Positions 52,441 to 64,000 of a stretch of DNA of 64,000 bases are shown here, in pieces (positions within the stretch are counted from its first letter, which is position 1; each line of letters begins with the position of its first letter). Under the pieces are notes generated by a model that saw only the letters and a list, made by a program, of their open reading frames with translations, searched no databases and was not told the origin of the DNA. The stretch comes from Narcine bancroftii (Eukaryota): NCBI RefSeq assembly GCF_036971445.1, contig NC_091476.1:168764001-168828000 (forward strand), in the 5' to 3' direction. The translations under genes were made by a program, and so were the position numbers.

Positions 52441-53058
52441 CTCTTTAACCAATATTTGTTGCAACCATTATAGCCTTAGGTTTCCAACTCCCACCCCCAC
52501 CAGACTCGTTAAACCCTTTTGAGTAGTACTAGCAAATCTCCCCACCAGTGAGATGCTACTTGATCTGCTGAGTTCCTCCAGCAGTTTGCTTTTTGTTCTT
52601 GACCACTTAAGTAGTCTGCAGTTTGGGCAAATTAATTGCATTTTTGATCACCTTTGATTTTTATTAATTAATGTCAACCTGGACAAGTTTGTGGTGTCAT
52701 TTGCTATTTTAATTATGACAGTGAAGGAAAATTCATTCAAATTGTAACCACCATTAATATAAAATTGATACTAAGAACAATGCAGTCTTAATAGTCTCAC
52801 CAGTATGCTATATCGTTTCATAGTTCACTAAATATACTCTAGCTACAGTTTTGCCTGCTAAAGCAAGTTACAAAGTATTTGTGTTTGTACTTCCGGAAAA
52901 ATGAAGTACTGTTGCAATAACTTCTAACTTGTGTAAGGTTGTTTCAACACATTTCCGATTAATCTTTGCTGAGGTTCATTGAGGAATGTCCTTTTCAAAA
53001 CTGAAATTCGTAAATGTGTTTTCCAAATCTATTTTGTCATCTATGTGAAATGTGTTAG

Positions 53059-53254
53059 GTGAACCAGGTAGTGGGACAGAAAGTGACAATTCACCAGACT
53101 TCCAGAATCAGGAGAATGAGCCGAATCAGGAGGACACTGAGGAATTGGATGGATCGCACCTGCAGGGCGTGAAGCCTCAGAAAGCAGCCTCCTCCACATC
53201 GTCCAGCAGCCATCATGGGAGTCACAAGAAAAGGAAAAACAAAAACCGACACAG
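53059..53254 (+). CDS. MEAF6: MEAF6 exon 5
   Basis: TTAG|GT; (R)[21 protein letters not shown]...[10 protein letters not shown]; AG|GTAATT. Confidence 0.97.
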
Positions 53255-53768
53255 GTAATTCTGAGATTCTAGGATGTGTGGGCTGGAGTGGACAAGTTTT
53301 GTAGAAGTATTTTGGGGATTGTGGGGACCAAAATGTGGCATGTAGGATGTCCACTGATAATCTATTTTTTCTAATAAAAGAATAGCAGCTTACTGGTAAT
53401 AATCAATAATCAATTTTGTAAATTGTAATAGTGTAATTAGTAATATTTTGCTTTAGTTTCTGTTTGCTATGGGGACTCTCCTCCCTAACCTGTTGGCTCT
53501 TTTACCTTTGAATTTATCTGATTAGACACAATTAACATCTTTCGTGTTCCATGATATAATAACTTTCGCTGATTATTCTACAAATTTATGATTATTGAGT
53601 GAAAAATATTGTTAGATTTATTTTTTTCTCCATTAAGTTTATCAAAATTCCAATAGTCTCTTGCCTTTTTTTGCTAAAAGTCTCAAGTTCAAAAAAGGTA
53701 GAGACTCTGGTCTGGATAATTGATATGTTAACGTGTTGCTTTCTTTCCTCTTTTATGCTACCATCAAG

Positions 53769-53798
53769 CCCATCTGGCATGTTTGATTATGACTTTGA
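53769..53798 (+). CDS. MEAF6: MEAF6 alternative 30-nt microexon (SPSGMFDYDFE)
   Basis: Polypyrimidine tract, AAG|C...GA|GTAAGT, frame-preserving. The peptide matches the longer mammalian isoform as I recall it. Confidence 0.88.
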
Positions 53799-54057
53799 GT
53801 AAGTTTGCTTTCTGTCAGTATACGTGCTGTCTCTTTTCCAGTATTTCCCTATGCTGTGTTGTGTAGATTGTAGACCTTTATGGAAGAACTGTTGTCAGTA
53901 GTTGCTATAGGTTTGGATATTTGCTTATATTGTATATAATTCTACATTGAATATCAAATACTAAATTCTGCTTGTCTTTAGAAAATGCCCTGTACACAAA
54001 GATAAGATTAAAACCATGAATTTTGTATTCAGTATCCTGATAGATAGTTGTCAGTCA

Positions 54058-56594
54058 AAACACAGAAATGCTGGAGGAACTCAGCTGATCTTTTTAGCAT
54101 CCAAAAAAGCAAAACTATATTGTCAACATTTTGGGCCTGAGTCCTTCTTCAAGTAATGAAAAGAATGAACCAGAAGCAGGAAATCTCAGAGGTTCAGAAT
54201 TCAGACAAGGCTTGGTGGGGAAGGAATCCAGAGCAACAAAAGGTACTAATTGGATATAAGGGACAAGGTAAGAATTTATCACATTTGTGCGAAAGGAGAC
54301 ATACCTGGAGGAAGGCTCGGGGGAGGTGGTTTAATGAAAGCAAAAGTCGATATTAATCCCATCCGGTTGGAGGGTGCCCAGTTGAATGATGATGTTTTGT
54401 TCCTCCAATTTGCAGGTGGTCTCAGGCTAGCAGTGTATAAGACCATGGAAAGACATGTCAGCAAGGGAATGGGATAGGGAACTGAAATGGGTGACCACTG
54501 GGAGATCCACGCTTCTGAAGCAGACAGAACCGAGCGCTCAACAAAGTGATATCCCAGTCTGCGTCCAGTCTCTCCAATGTAGATAGACCCCATTGGAAGT
54601 ACAAAAAGCAGTAGGTGGGCTCTGCAGATTCACAAGTGAGATGTTGCTTCACTTTGAAGGACTGTTTTGGACCCTGAATGGTGATGAAAGAGGAGGTATG
54701 GGTGCAAGTAGAGCATCTCCTGCTGTCACAGAGGTAGGTGCTAATGGTGAGGCCAATTGGTGAGGAGGGAGGAGTGAACAAAGGAGTCACAGAGGGAGTG
54801 GTCCCTACGGAAGGTGGAGGGAGGACGAGAGGGGAATACATATTTAGTGGTGGGATAACTTAGTAGGCAGAAATGACAAAGGAGGATGTATTGGTTGTGG
54901 TGGCCAGTGCAGTGGTAGGTGAGGAAAAGAGGAATCCTGTCCTCGATGCACGTGGGAGCAGAGGGGGCCAAGCAAGATGAGCAGGTAATGGAGGATATAT
55001 GGGTGAGCGCCGTGTTGATGGTGGTAGAGGGAAGGTCACATTGTTTGGAGGACATCTCTGATGATCTGACAGGTAAGTCCTCATCCTGGGTGCAGATGCG
55101 ACAGAGATGGAGGAATTGAGAGAATGGAATGGAATCCTTACAGGGGACAGGGTGGGAAGAAGAGTAGGTGAGGTAGTTGTGGGAGTTGGTGAGTTTGTAG
55201 AAGATGCTGAGAATTTATCTTCGGAGATGGAGACAAAGAGATTGAGGAAATTGAGTGTTTCTAGAGATGGACCAATTGAATTTGAGGTCAGCGTAGAAAA
55301 GTTGATAAAGTCAATGAACTCATCATGGGTACATGTGGCCGCACCAAAGTTGTCATCAATGTAGTGGAGGAAGAGTTGAGGGCTCTTGCTTGTGTTGGCT
55401 TGTTGCATGGATTGCTCCATGAAGCCAACAAAAAGGCAGACATAGCTGGGGCCCATGTGGGTACTCATGGATACATCTTTAACCTGGAGAAAGTGAGATG
55501 AGTTAAAGGAGAAATTATTGAGGGTGAAGGTAAGTTCTGTCAGCTGGAGGAGGGTGGTGATGGAGGGGGACTGGTTGGATATATTGTCCAGAAAGAAACT
55601 AATGGGTTTGAGGCTTTCAGTATGGGGGATGGAAGTGTACAGGTTGAGTTCAGGGAACTGGAAGTTGTTGAAGTGATGGAGGGCACATGAAGTGTCCCGG
55701 ATATAGGTGGAGAAGGACTGGACTGGGGGGGTGGGGGGACAAAACAGAGGACGGGGTAAACGGGGACCAATTCAGTGGCCAGGAGCATGCAAACACGAAA
55801 GATCTGCCGGGACAATTGGGTTTGAGAATCTTGGGTAGGAGGTAAAAACGGGCAGTGCGGGATTAGGAAATAATAAGGTTGGAAGTTGTGCCAGGGAGGT
55901 GACTGGAAGCACTGAGTTCAGAGATGGTGCATGATACAGAGGTTTGATGAGTTTTGGTTGTCAACGTGAAGCATTATTTCACTTGTGAATCTCCAGGAGT
56001 CATCTACTTCATCTGGTGCGCATATTGTGGTCTCTACATGGGAGAGACTAAATGCAGACTGGAAGATCATTTTGTTGAGCACCTTGGTTCTGTCTGCTGC
56101 AGGTCTCTCAGTGGCCACCCATTTCATTTCCCCATCCCATTCCCTTGCTTACATGATCTCATGCACTGCCAGACTGAGACCACCTGCAAATTGGAGAAAC
56201 AACACCTCATTTTTTGACTGGGCCCCCTCCAACCGGATGGTATTAATATCTATTTCTCTGGCTTTTGTTAAACCACACCACCCCCACCCCCCAAATCACC
56301 TTCCCCAGCTCTATCTCTCTCCTTTTTGCTTGTCTCTTTTTGCACAAACAAATATATTCTTACCTCGTTCCTTATTCATAATCCAATTAACACCTTTTGT
56401 TGGTCTGAATTCCTTCCCCATGTCTGAATTCTGAGATTTCTGGCTCATTCTTCTTATTCCCTGAAGAAGGGCTTAGGCCCAAAATATCGGCAATATTCCT
56501 TTGTTTCATTGGACACTGAAATGATTGGCTGAGTTCCTCCAGCATTTCTGTGTTTTTACTACAACCTCAGCGTCTACAGACTTTTGTGGTTCAA
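54058..56594 (-). mobile_element. Penelope-like element (RT plus GIY-YIG) with an inverted 3' copy and 14-bp TSD
   Basis: Minus strand carries MGPSYVCLFVG...YIDD and YIGETGRRL. The plus-strand copy at about 55960-56594 carries YMGETKCRL. TSD ATAGTTGTCAGTCA at 54044-54057 and 56595-56608. Confidence 0.88.
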
Positions 56595-57789
56595 ATAGTT
56601 GTCAGTCATCTGACATAGGCAGAAGTGTGGAAGTCTCTCCTGTGAGCAGTGTTTGCTCAAACTAATTATCATTTACATTCCAGTCATTTGGTCTCACACC
56701 AGTAATGTATGTACTGTGGCATCGATCAGTTAGCGTATCACAATTCTCCAGTTTAGAATATTGCCATAAATAATGTGCACATAAGTGAATTTTTTTCTCC
56801 CAGAACAGACAGATAGATGCTTGAATGCGATCTACAAAGCAATCAGGGCTTTGGATAGCAATAACTTTCCACAAATCCCAGATCTTTTTTTGTCATTGTT
56901 ACCATTTAGTACTTGAGTTATTAAACAGAATTAAAAAAAGATCCTTGACTACAAAATGGATTGCAGAAGAACTTGGTTTCTGGTGTGTACGTGGCATTTT
57001 TTTTATACTTAAGATAATGTACCAAGTATATAATTAGATGTGAACCTGTGTCTAAATATATGAGTGTATTAAACAGGATGATTTTCTGTGGCTCTTTCAA
57101 TGCATAGTTTCAAAGTCTTGGCATTCTGACCTGAACATTGGACCTGCAAGAGAAGTGATTAAATGAAAAGCTATATTGAAATATTATTTTACCATTTTAG
57201 CCTCTTTAACCAGATCCATCTCCTATCAATGAAATAGAAATAACCTTTTATCCTCTATAACATGATTGAGCTTTGAACCAAATCATCCACTTTACTATTA
57301 TGACTTGCTGACTTTCTCAACCATTTTTGTGTAAACTACTAAATCATTCACTATGATCAAAAGCAGTGAAGTAGCTACATTGTAGTCTGTGATTTCCAAA
57401 TTGAGGCAATAGCCAGATGATGTTGAGCTTCTTCCCCCTATGCTCTACCTTCTCAGCTCCAGATTCAGTCTTGTCAGTCTGAACCCAAGAACTTTGGGCC
57501 ACAGGTACATAATTGATATAATTAATTGATCACAATTTGTTAAATTCACTTCTCTCAAAATTGAGCACCTTTTCATTTTTTTGAAAAAGGCTGCATTAGT
57601 TTGCACAAATTCATATTTGATTACTGAGGGCTGGTAAAGAGAATATGGAAAACATTGAAATAGAAAAGCCAGTTCAGGAGAAACAACTTATACCATATAT
57701 AGCTGAAGCAGTTTGATATCCTTGGCATTATCAATAGATGAATATTTTTCAAGTAGCAGATTCCTAAGATATGCATATTTTTATTATAG

Positions 57790-57823
57790 GATTGATATCA
57801 AGCTGAATAAAAAGCCAAGAACT
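57790..57823 (+). CDS. MEAF6: MEAF6 penultimate coding exon
   Basis: TATAG|G; IDIKLNKKPRT (human IDLKLNKKPRA); ACT|GTGAGT. Confidence 0.95.
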
Positions 57824-58479
57824 GTGAGTACAATTTGTATTATTTTTCTTGCTGTATGTTTTAGAATGTGTGGAGCATCTCTGTGATATAAAATGAGAGA
57901 ATAAAACTAATTTCAACTGGAATTGGCTGATCGTGAAGCCTTACGTGGTTTATAAGTTAACAGTAGGAGAGAGATTACGATACTTTGCAGCCCTTCCACA
58001 TCGAGTGGTGACTAAGTACTGGTTAAGCACAGGCAGACAAACCTCAAAAAAAATCCTTAAAAAGGGCAGAGGCGGTGGAAGCATTGAAATGATCTTTTCT
58101 CAGGAGAACTGATCAATTAAATTCTGCCTCTTCCTATTAGTGAACCAAGTCTTCTGCCAAAATCTTTGACCCATGTAGTCAAGAAAAAAATTGAGAGCAC
58201 TGGATATACCAGAACTAATTGCATTTCTAGCCATGAGAGCAGAACTGCTACAGAGCCCTCCATAATGTTTGGAACAAATATGCTTTTATTTTCCTTTATT
58301 TGCTCCTGTGCTCCACAGTTATATATTTTTAATAAAACAATTCACATTAATTAAAGTGCGTGTTCCAAATTTTATTCAAGGTTATTTGTATACATTTTGG
58401 TTTGACCATGCACTTTTTATACATTGTCCTCTTATTTCAGGGCAACATAATGTTTGGGACATTTGGCTTATAGGCCTTT

Positions 58480-60797
58480 TTCTTAACTTAACAAAGATAT
58501 GAAGACATTGTCTAAAATATTGGCCCATAGATTGAAGAATATTTTAATCACTTCTGAAGATCAAACCAGTTTCATTAAAAATCGTTACTCTTATTTTAAT
58601 ATACACCCATTTATTGAATGTTTTATATTTATCTCCCACTCTTGCTTCTGATTGTGTTATCTCTTTAGATGCAGAGAATGCTTTTGATTGGGTGGAATGG
58701 GGTTATCTATTTGCCACTTTGGAAAAATTTAATTTTGGGCCATGATTTATTAAATGGATAAAATTATTGTATTTACATCCCACTGCCTCAATTCTTACTA
58801 ATTTACAGCAATCAAAACCTTTTAATCTTCAACGGTGTACTCGTCAAGGTTGTCCTTTAAGTTCATTACCTTTTGACTTGGTATTAGAACCTCTTGCAGT
58901 TGCTCTTTGTGAAAGTAGAGATTTTATAGGGATCCATAGGAACGGTATTGAACATAAGGTTTCCTGATGTGCAGATGATATTTTGCTTTTTGTATCCAAT
59001 CCAGATGTTTCTTTAGCAAGTTTATTAGCTTTGCTTTCTCATATTAGTCAATTTTCTGGGTACAAGTTGAATCTGCATAAAAGTGATCTTTTACCTTTAA
59101 ATGGTTCTATATCAAGATATTTTAATTTTCCTTTTAAGATTGCAATGGATCAATTTACTTATCTCAGTATTACAATTACTAGGAGTTATAAACACCTTAA
59201 GGAAAAATTTTCTACTTTATTTAATCAGGTCAAATAACTGCATCAAGATGGTCACCTGTATCTATTTCCATGATTGCATCAATTCTATAAAAATGAACAT
59301 TCTACCTAATTTTTGTACATTTTCCAATCTAATCCAATTTTCATTCCAAATCCTTTTTTGACTCGTTTGATTTGCTTATATCTTCCTACATATTGGCAAG
59401 GAAAACTCCCCCGCTTAAATAAAACTAATCAAAAAGATTAAAGGAATGGTGGATTGGTGTTTTATATTTTATTACTGGGCGGTCAATGTACTTAAATTTG
59501 CTTCTTTTGTTAAACTTCGATAATCTATTTGACTGCCCTTCATGTGTAGAACTGGAACTGAATTTTACTAAAAATACTTCTATGTTGGGAATTCTAGAGT
59601 CTTTTTTAATCCTCTTTTTTTATATAAACTAACTGATAATCTGTTAATTAGACATAACTTGAGAATATGGGCATAATTTAGAAGGTTTTTTGGATTTCAG
59701 ATCTTTTCTCTTGCCAGCCCTATTATATCTTTTTCAACCTTCTTTGCAAGATACTGTCTTTAATGACTGGCATAAATTGGGTATTAAATGTTTTAATTAC
59801 CTTTTTATTTGAAACAATTTTGCTTCCTTTGAATATTTGGTGGTAAAACTTAACTTAGCAAACACTCATTTCTTTAGATATTTACAAGTTAGACATCTTG
59901 TTCAATCTCAGATCCCTGACTTTCCACAAATTCACGAGCCAAACATCTTTGATACACTTTGATTTGCAAGTTTCTCTAAAGGTTTAATATCTCTTATTTG
60001 CAATAATTTGCTTGATTTAAGGATGGCCTCGTTAGTTAAAATCAAGAATGATTGGGAACAGGATTTGAATCTTTCATTCTCAGATGAGGCGTGGGATTCT
60101 ATTTGTAATCTGATTAATATGACCTCCTTTAGTGCACGACACTGTTGCAATTTAAAGTGGTCCATAGAGTACATAGTCTAAAGTTGTCTAATTTTTATTC
60201 AGATATAAATCCTCTATGTGACAAATGTGAAATGGGTGATGCTTCTTTGGTTCATACAAATTTTGGAAAGATACCTTTCAAACATTATTGGTGATTCTCA
60301 AGATCAAACTAGAACCTTGTCGTATAATTGCTCTATTCGAATCATTTCAAGATGATGATGTTATACTGACTCCAAATCAAAACCAAATTTTATCTTTTAT
60401 TTCATTGATAGCCATACGTGCAATTTTGATTAAGTGGTAAGACAATACTCCACCACACATACACAATGGTTAAGTAATATTATGTCTTGGTAAAGTTTAG
60501 AAAAAAAGAGATATGCCATTAAAGCGTCAAATGTTAACTTCCAAAAGACGTGGGGCCTGTTTATCGACTATTACCATAACCTAAAGAATTAGGGTGTTCT
60601 GAAGCTTTGGTGCTCTGCTGTCCATATCCAGGTTGTTGTCACTTGATTCCTGCAGTTTAGCTTTTAGCCTTACTTAAAGGTAGGGGTTCTGAATTACAAG
60701 GATTTTTGGGTGTTTTTTAATTTCTTTTGAACCTTACAATACACAATTGTGCATAATGTAAATATCTATAAAGTATTTCAAAAAGAAAGAAAGAAAT
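58480..60797 (+). mobile_element. L1/Tx1-like LINE, 5'-truncated, decayed
   Basis: SLDAENAFDWVEW, TRQGCPLS.L.F.L.LEPLA, ADD and FSGYKLN motifs; A-rich tail. Confidence 0.88.
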
Positions 60798-61809
60798 TGG
60801 AATGTGCACTTTAATTACATGTGAATTGTTTGATTACAAATTTAAAACTACAGCACTGGGGCAAATAAAAGGAAATAGTGTGTTTGTCCCAAACATTATG
60901 GAGGGCATGAAGTATATAATTGCATCTGCCTTACATTATGGAAATTATTCAAGTATATCCTATCTAGAAAAATGGCAAATCAAATCCAATTGGGCCAGTC
61001 TCCTGCAAAAAAAGATGTCGTCAACATGATCACCCACCATTTTGCGTGGGCCCTTCCATTCCAGACTGTGCTACAAAAGAGCTGAATTCCAGAGGCTCAA
61101 AGGTGTCAAGCCATCAGTTGGTTGAGTGGTATGAGTGAGCCCAAGTGAAATTGAAGGCAATTGAAATGTTGGAGAAACTCTTTATTGTCTCGAATTATAG
61201 CTAGTACAAAGGACAGTAGTTGCAGATGTTAAAGTAATTAAAGTTATTGTTCATGTTTGCTGATATTGAAGAAAATCACTCAGACCATGCAGGCTTTCAG
61301 ATCAATTGCATCAAACCTGCTTCTCTACCAATCTTGCTGCAATGTATTCTCTCAATACCCCACTAACTCACCTGCCATCTACCCTGACAAGTACCTTTAA
61401 TCATCTGGCAGATATTTATAATTCAAAAGGTCAAAGTAGCAATTGTGGGAACTCTACATGGTCACCGGGACAGTATGCAAACTCCTACAGCATCACGACA
61501 GCTTGTGTCTTCAGCAAAGTAGAATCTATAACCCGCTTCAAGGGTATTGCCCTCACCAAGTTTTCCTTCGTCAACATTCTGTGGGACGCCAATAACCAAA
61601 AGCTGAATTGGACAATTTACATAAGTAGCTGCATGAATGGCTCCCAATTCATCACCCTACCAATTTTCACTTGCCACTTTCGCTATGGTGCCTAGTGTCT
61701 GCATAATGTACCAAAGTAATTTATTGAGGTATCTTGCACAACATAATCTCAAATCCATGCCCACATTGATTGACAAGGAAGTCAGCAGGCCATAAGAATA
61801 TGTATGGAG

Positions 61810-62060
61810 TGAAACAAGCAAGTCTGCAGATGCTGCGATTGTACTGAAGGGACACAGATGCTGGAGCAACTCAGCCAGTCTCACAGCATCCATAAGGATA
61901 TATTACTGACGTTTCGGGCTTGACCCCCTCCTTCAAGGAATAAGCAAAGAATACAAAGGTGTAGGAATAAAGAGACTGAAGGCTGGCTGGCGGAGGAGTC
62001 CACAACAACAAAGATGTTATTGGATATGATAAGAGGAGAGATGAGAATGTATGTCACTGA
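61810..62060 (-). mobile_element. Penelope-derived pLTR fragment
   Basis: CACAGATGCTGGAGCAACTCAGC terminus and GACGTTTCGGGC...CCTTCAAG, matching the ends of the 54-56 kb element. Confidence 0.65.
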
Positions 62061-63037
62061 TTACAAGTCCCCTTCAACCCGACGGGGAACGTTGCAGCTC
62101 CTTTGCCCTTTGGTCGAAATCCTGATCCAAAACCACATGATGAACACCTTCATCACATAGAAGGTAGTGGGCCAAGAATGTGTGACACCTGCATGTGGTT
62201 AAGGATAGTCAAGTAACTGGTCCCATCACGTGAAGAATAAAAACTCAACTAGCCTTTAACAAGCATGCCTTTAATTTTGAAGACTAATCTGGCTATTGTA
62301 AGGCAGTACTAAATATTTTAAATCTAAAATATATAATGAACAATGAGGTCCATTTTTAGAGTTATTGATGAGTGCACCGTTTTCTATTATAAACTGCATG
62401 AATCAAAATTATGTTAATTTTATACATGTTAATTTAGCAAATATTCCACAAATTTTGTTAACTGAAAATATTGTTTTGCTTTGAAGATGCAATGTAAATT
62501 ATGTGAGTGGAAAGGGAAGGTTGAGAATCACTGCTCTTGATCCAACGTTACTGAAATATTTTGCTCGAGAAAAACTGTCATTGGCTCATTTCCTTTGGAG
62601 TTCTGAAACCGTGCACATAACGAGTCCATGAGGGACGATTAAAATAGTGATTTTCAATTTTTTTTTCCCACCCACATTATCACCTTAAGTAATCTCTTAC
62701 TAATAGCATAGGGATTACTTAAAATGGTATATGAGTGGAAAGAAAAAGGTTGAGAACCACTGGTCTAGATTGAAGGAACTAATTTACAAAAATCAATGGT
62801 TCTATTAACTGCTGCTTTGAAATAATAGAGTGAATGTAAAATGACGATTGCTCTTGTATTATTTAACTGCAGCGATTAATTAGAGTGAATCTTTATCTCT
62901 TAGTATTAATTCATTGTAAATTTGTCTGACCTTTTATTCTTAGCTCATTTATCTGGTCTGGATATGTGCCTGGTTGAGAAAATACTTTTGACACTTTGAT
63001 TCTTAATGTAATATTTTAAACTTTATTATATACATAG

Positions 63038-63046
63038 GATTACTGA
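63038..63046 (+). CDS. MEAF6: MEAF6 terminal coding segment (DY*), followed by 3'UTR
   Basis: CATAG|GAT TAC TGA gives the conserved C-terminal DY. The spliced CDS is 579 nt without the microexon. Confidence 0.88.
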   Translation, partial: DY

Positions 63047-64000
63047 ACGACCTTTGCCAGTTAGCAGATGCCAAGATCAAAGTTTGAGGAAAATGGACAA
63101 ATAGCAAAACATTGAAATCGAGTTGCTTCAGGCGTTCACCATGTTTTTAACTGGATTCTACAAATAAGAAGCAGGCAATGCCTCCTCCTGGTGTTCAAGG
63201 CCACTCATTGCATCTTTGTCAGCTGCACCTCACTTGTGTTCTATTGGACGACACTGTTGGAATACGGCTCATTTGTTTGTTATTTGTACAAGTAAAGCCT
63301 CCATTGGGTTTTATAGTCAATTTAAACTGTCATGGGAAGGGGGGTGGGGTGGGGGTATTGGTCACCTTTATGTCTGTTGTGACTGAGTTTGACTATATGA
63401 TGTTTACCCGTGGCATTTACGTGAGATTGTCTTCGACAAAAGCATTTTGTTTCATTGGTAGCATTGAGTTTTAAATCTCTTATTGGAAGTTCTTGTTTCA
63501 ATTTAAGTACAAATGGAAGTTAATTTTTCTTTGCCCTGAACTTTATTTGAAATAATCTCTTCTGTGCTGGATTGTGCCTTGACAGATGTTGTATGCAGGC
63601 ACATTGTTCTCATTTTGGGGTCAAAGCCTTGTGTAGTTGGGAGTGTGAGAAAAGCACAGAAGGCCATAATCCCCAGATATTTTTAAATGGACTCAATGGA
63701 GTTAAATTCAATAGCAACACATGGTTTTATTTTTTTGAACCCATTATATTTTTTGTGCTTTGGATATTGTATGTATAAATATTACCTTTTTAATTTGTAC
63801 AATTATGACCTTTTTTGGACACATGGCTTAATTATTTTTTTTAAGACAGAAAATGGATTTGTGACATTTTGTATTAAAGATGTTAATTATTGTTGTTTCT
63901 CATTCCTGATTAGACCTGCTCTCAGCATCTGATGGGGAATATTCGACAGGGTTGACTGATAAATTAAGCTGGAGCTTCAGCAGTAGATGTAGTCTTTTCA

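Overview
Vertebrate genomic DNA. It is probably from a cartilaginous fish (shark or ray); this is inferred from the repeat landscape and is not proven. Three intron-containing genes are present in the arrangement known from human 1p34. They are the first coding exon of DNALI1 (minus strand), a complete SNIP1 (plus strand, 3 coding exons, about 359 aa) and a complete MEAF6 (plus strand, 7 constitutive coding exons plus a 30-nt cassette microexon, 192/202 aa). Each gene's GC-rich 5' end abuts large tandem arrays. These are CT- and G-run arrays plus a 45-bp CATG satellite at DNALI1, about 160 copies of a 53-bp unit in SNIP1 intron 1, and G-run plus 36-bp arrays in MEAF6 intron 1. The very long ORFs in the track are artefacts of these repeats. 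The rest is transposon debris: RTE, CR1, L1/Tx1 and Rex LINEs, Penelope elements, SINEs, MITEs, a hAT transposase relic, solo LTRs and an LTR-env-LTR endogenous retrovirus relic. The most intriguing observation is that nearly every unit of the SNIP1 53-bp array carries a polypyrimidine-CAG|GT(G/C)GGT junction, the recursive-splice-site motif, in an intron where the exon equivalent to human exon 2 appears to be absent. Any function for this array is a hypothesis.
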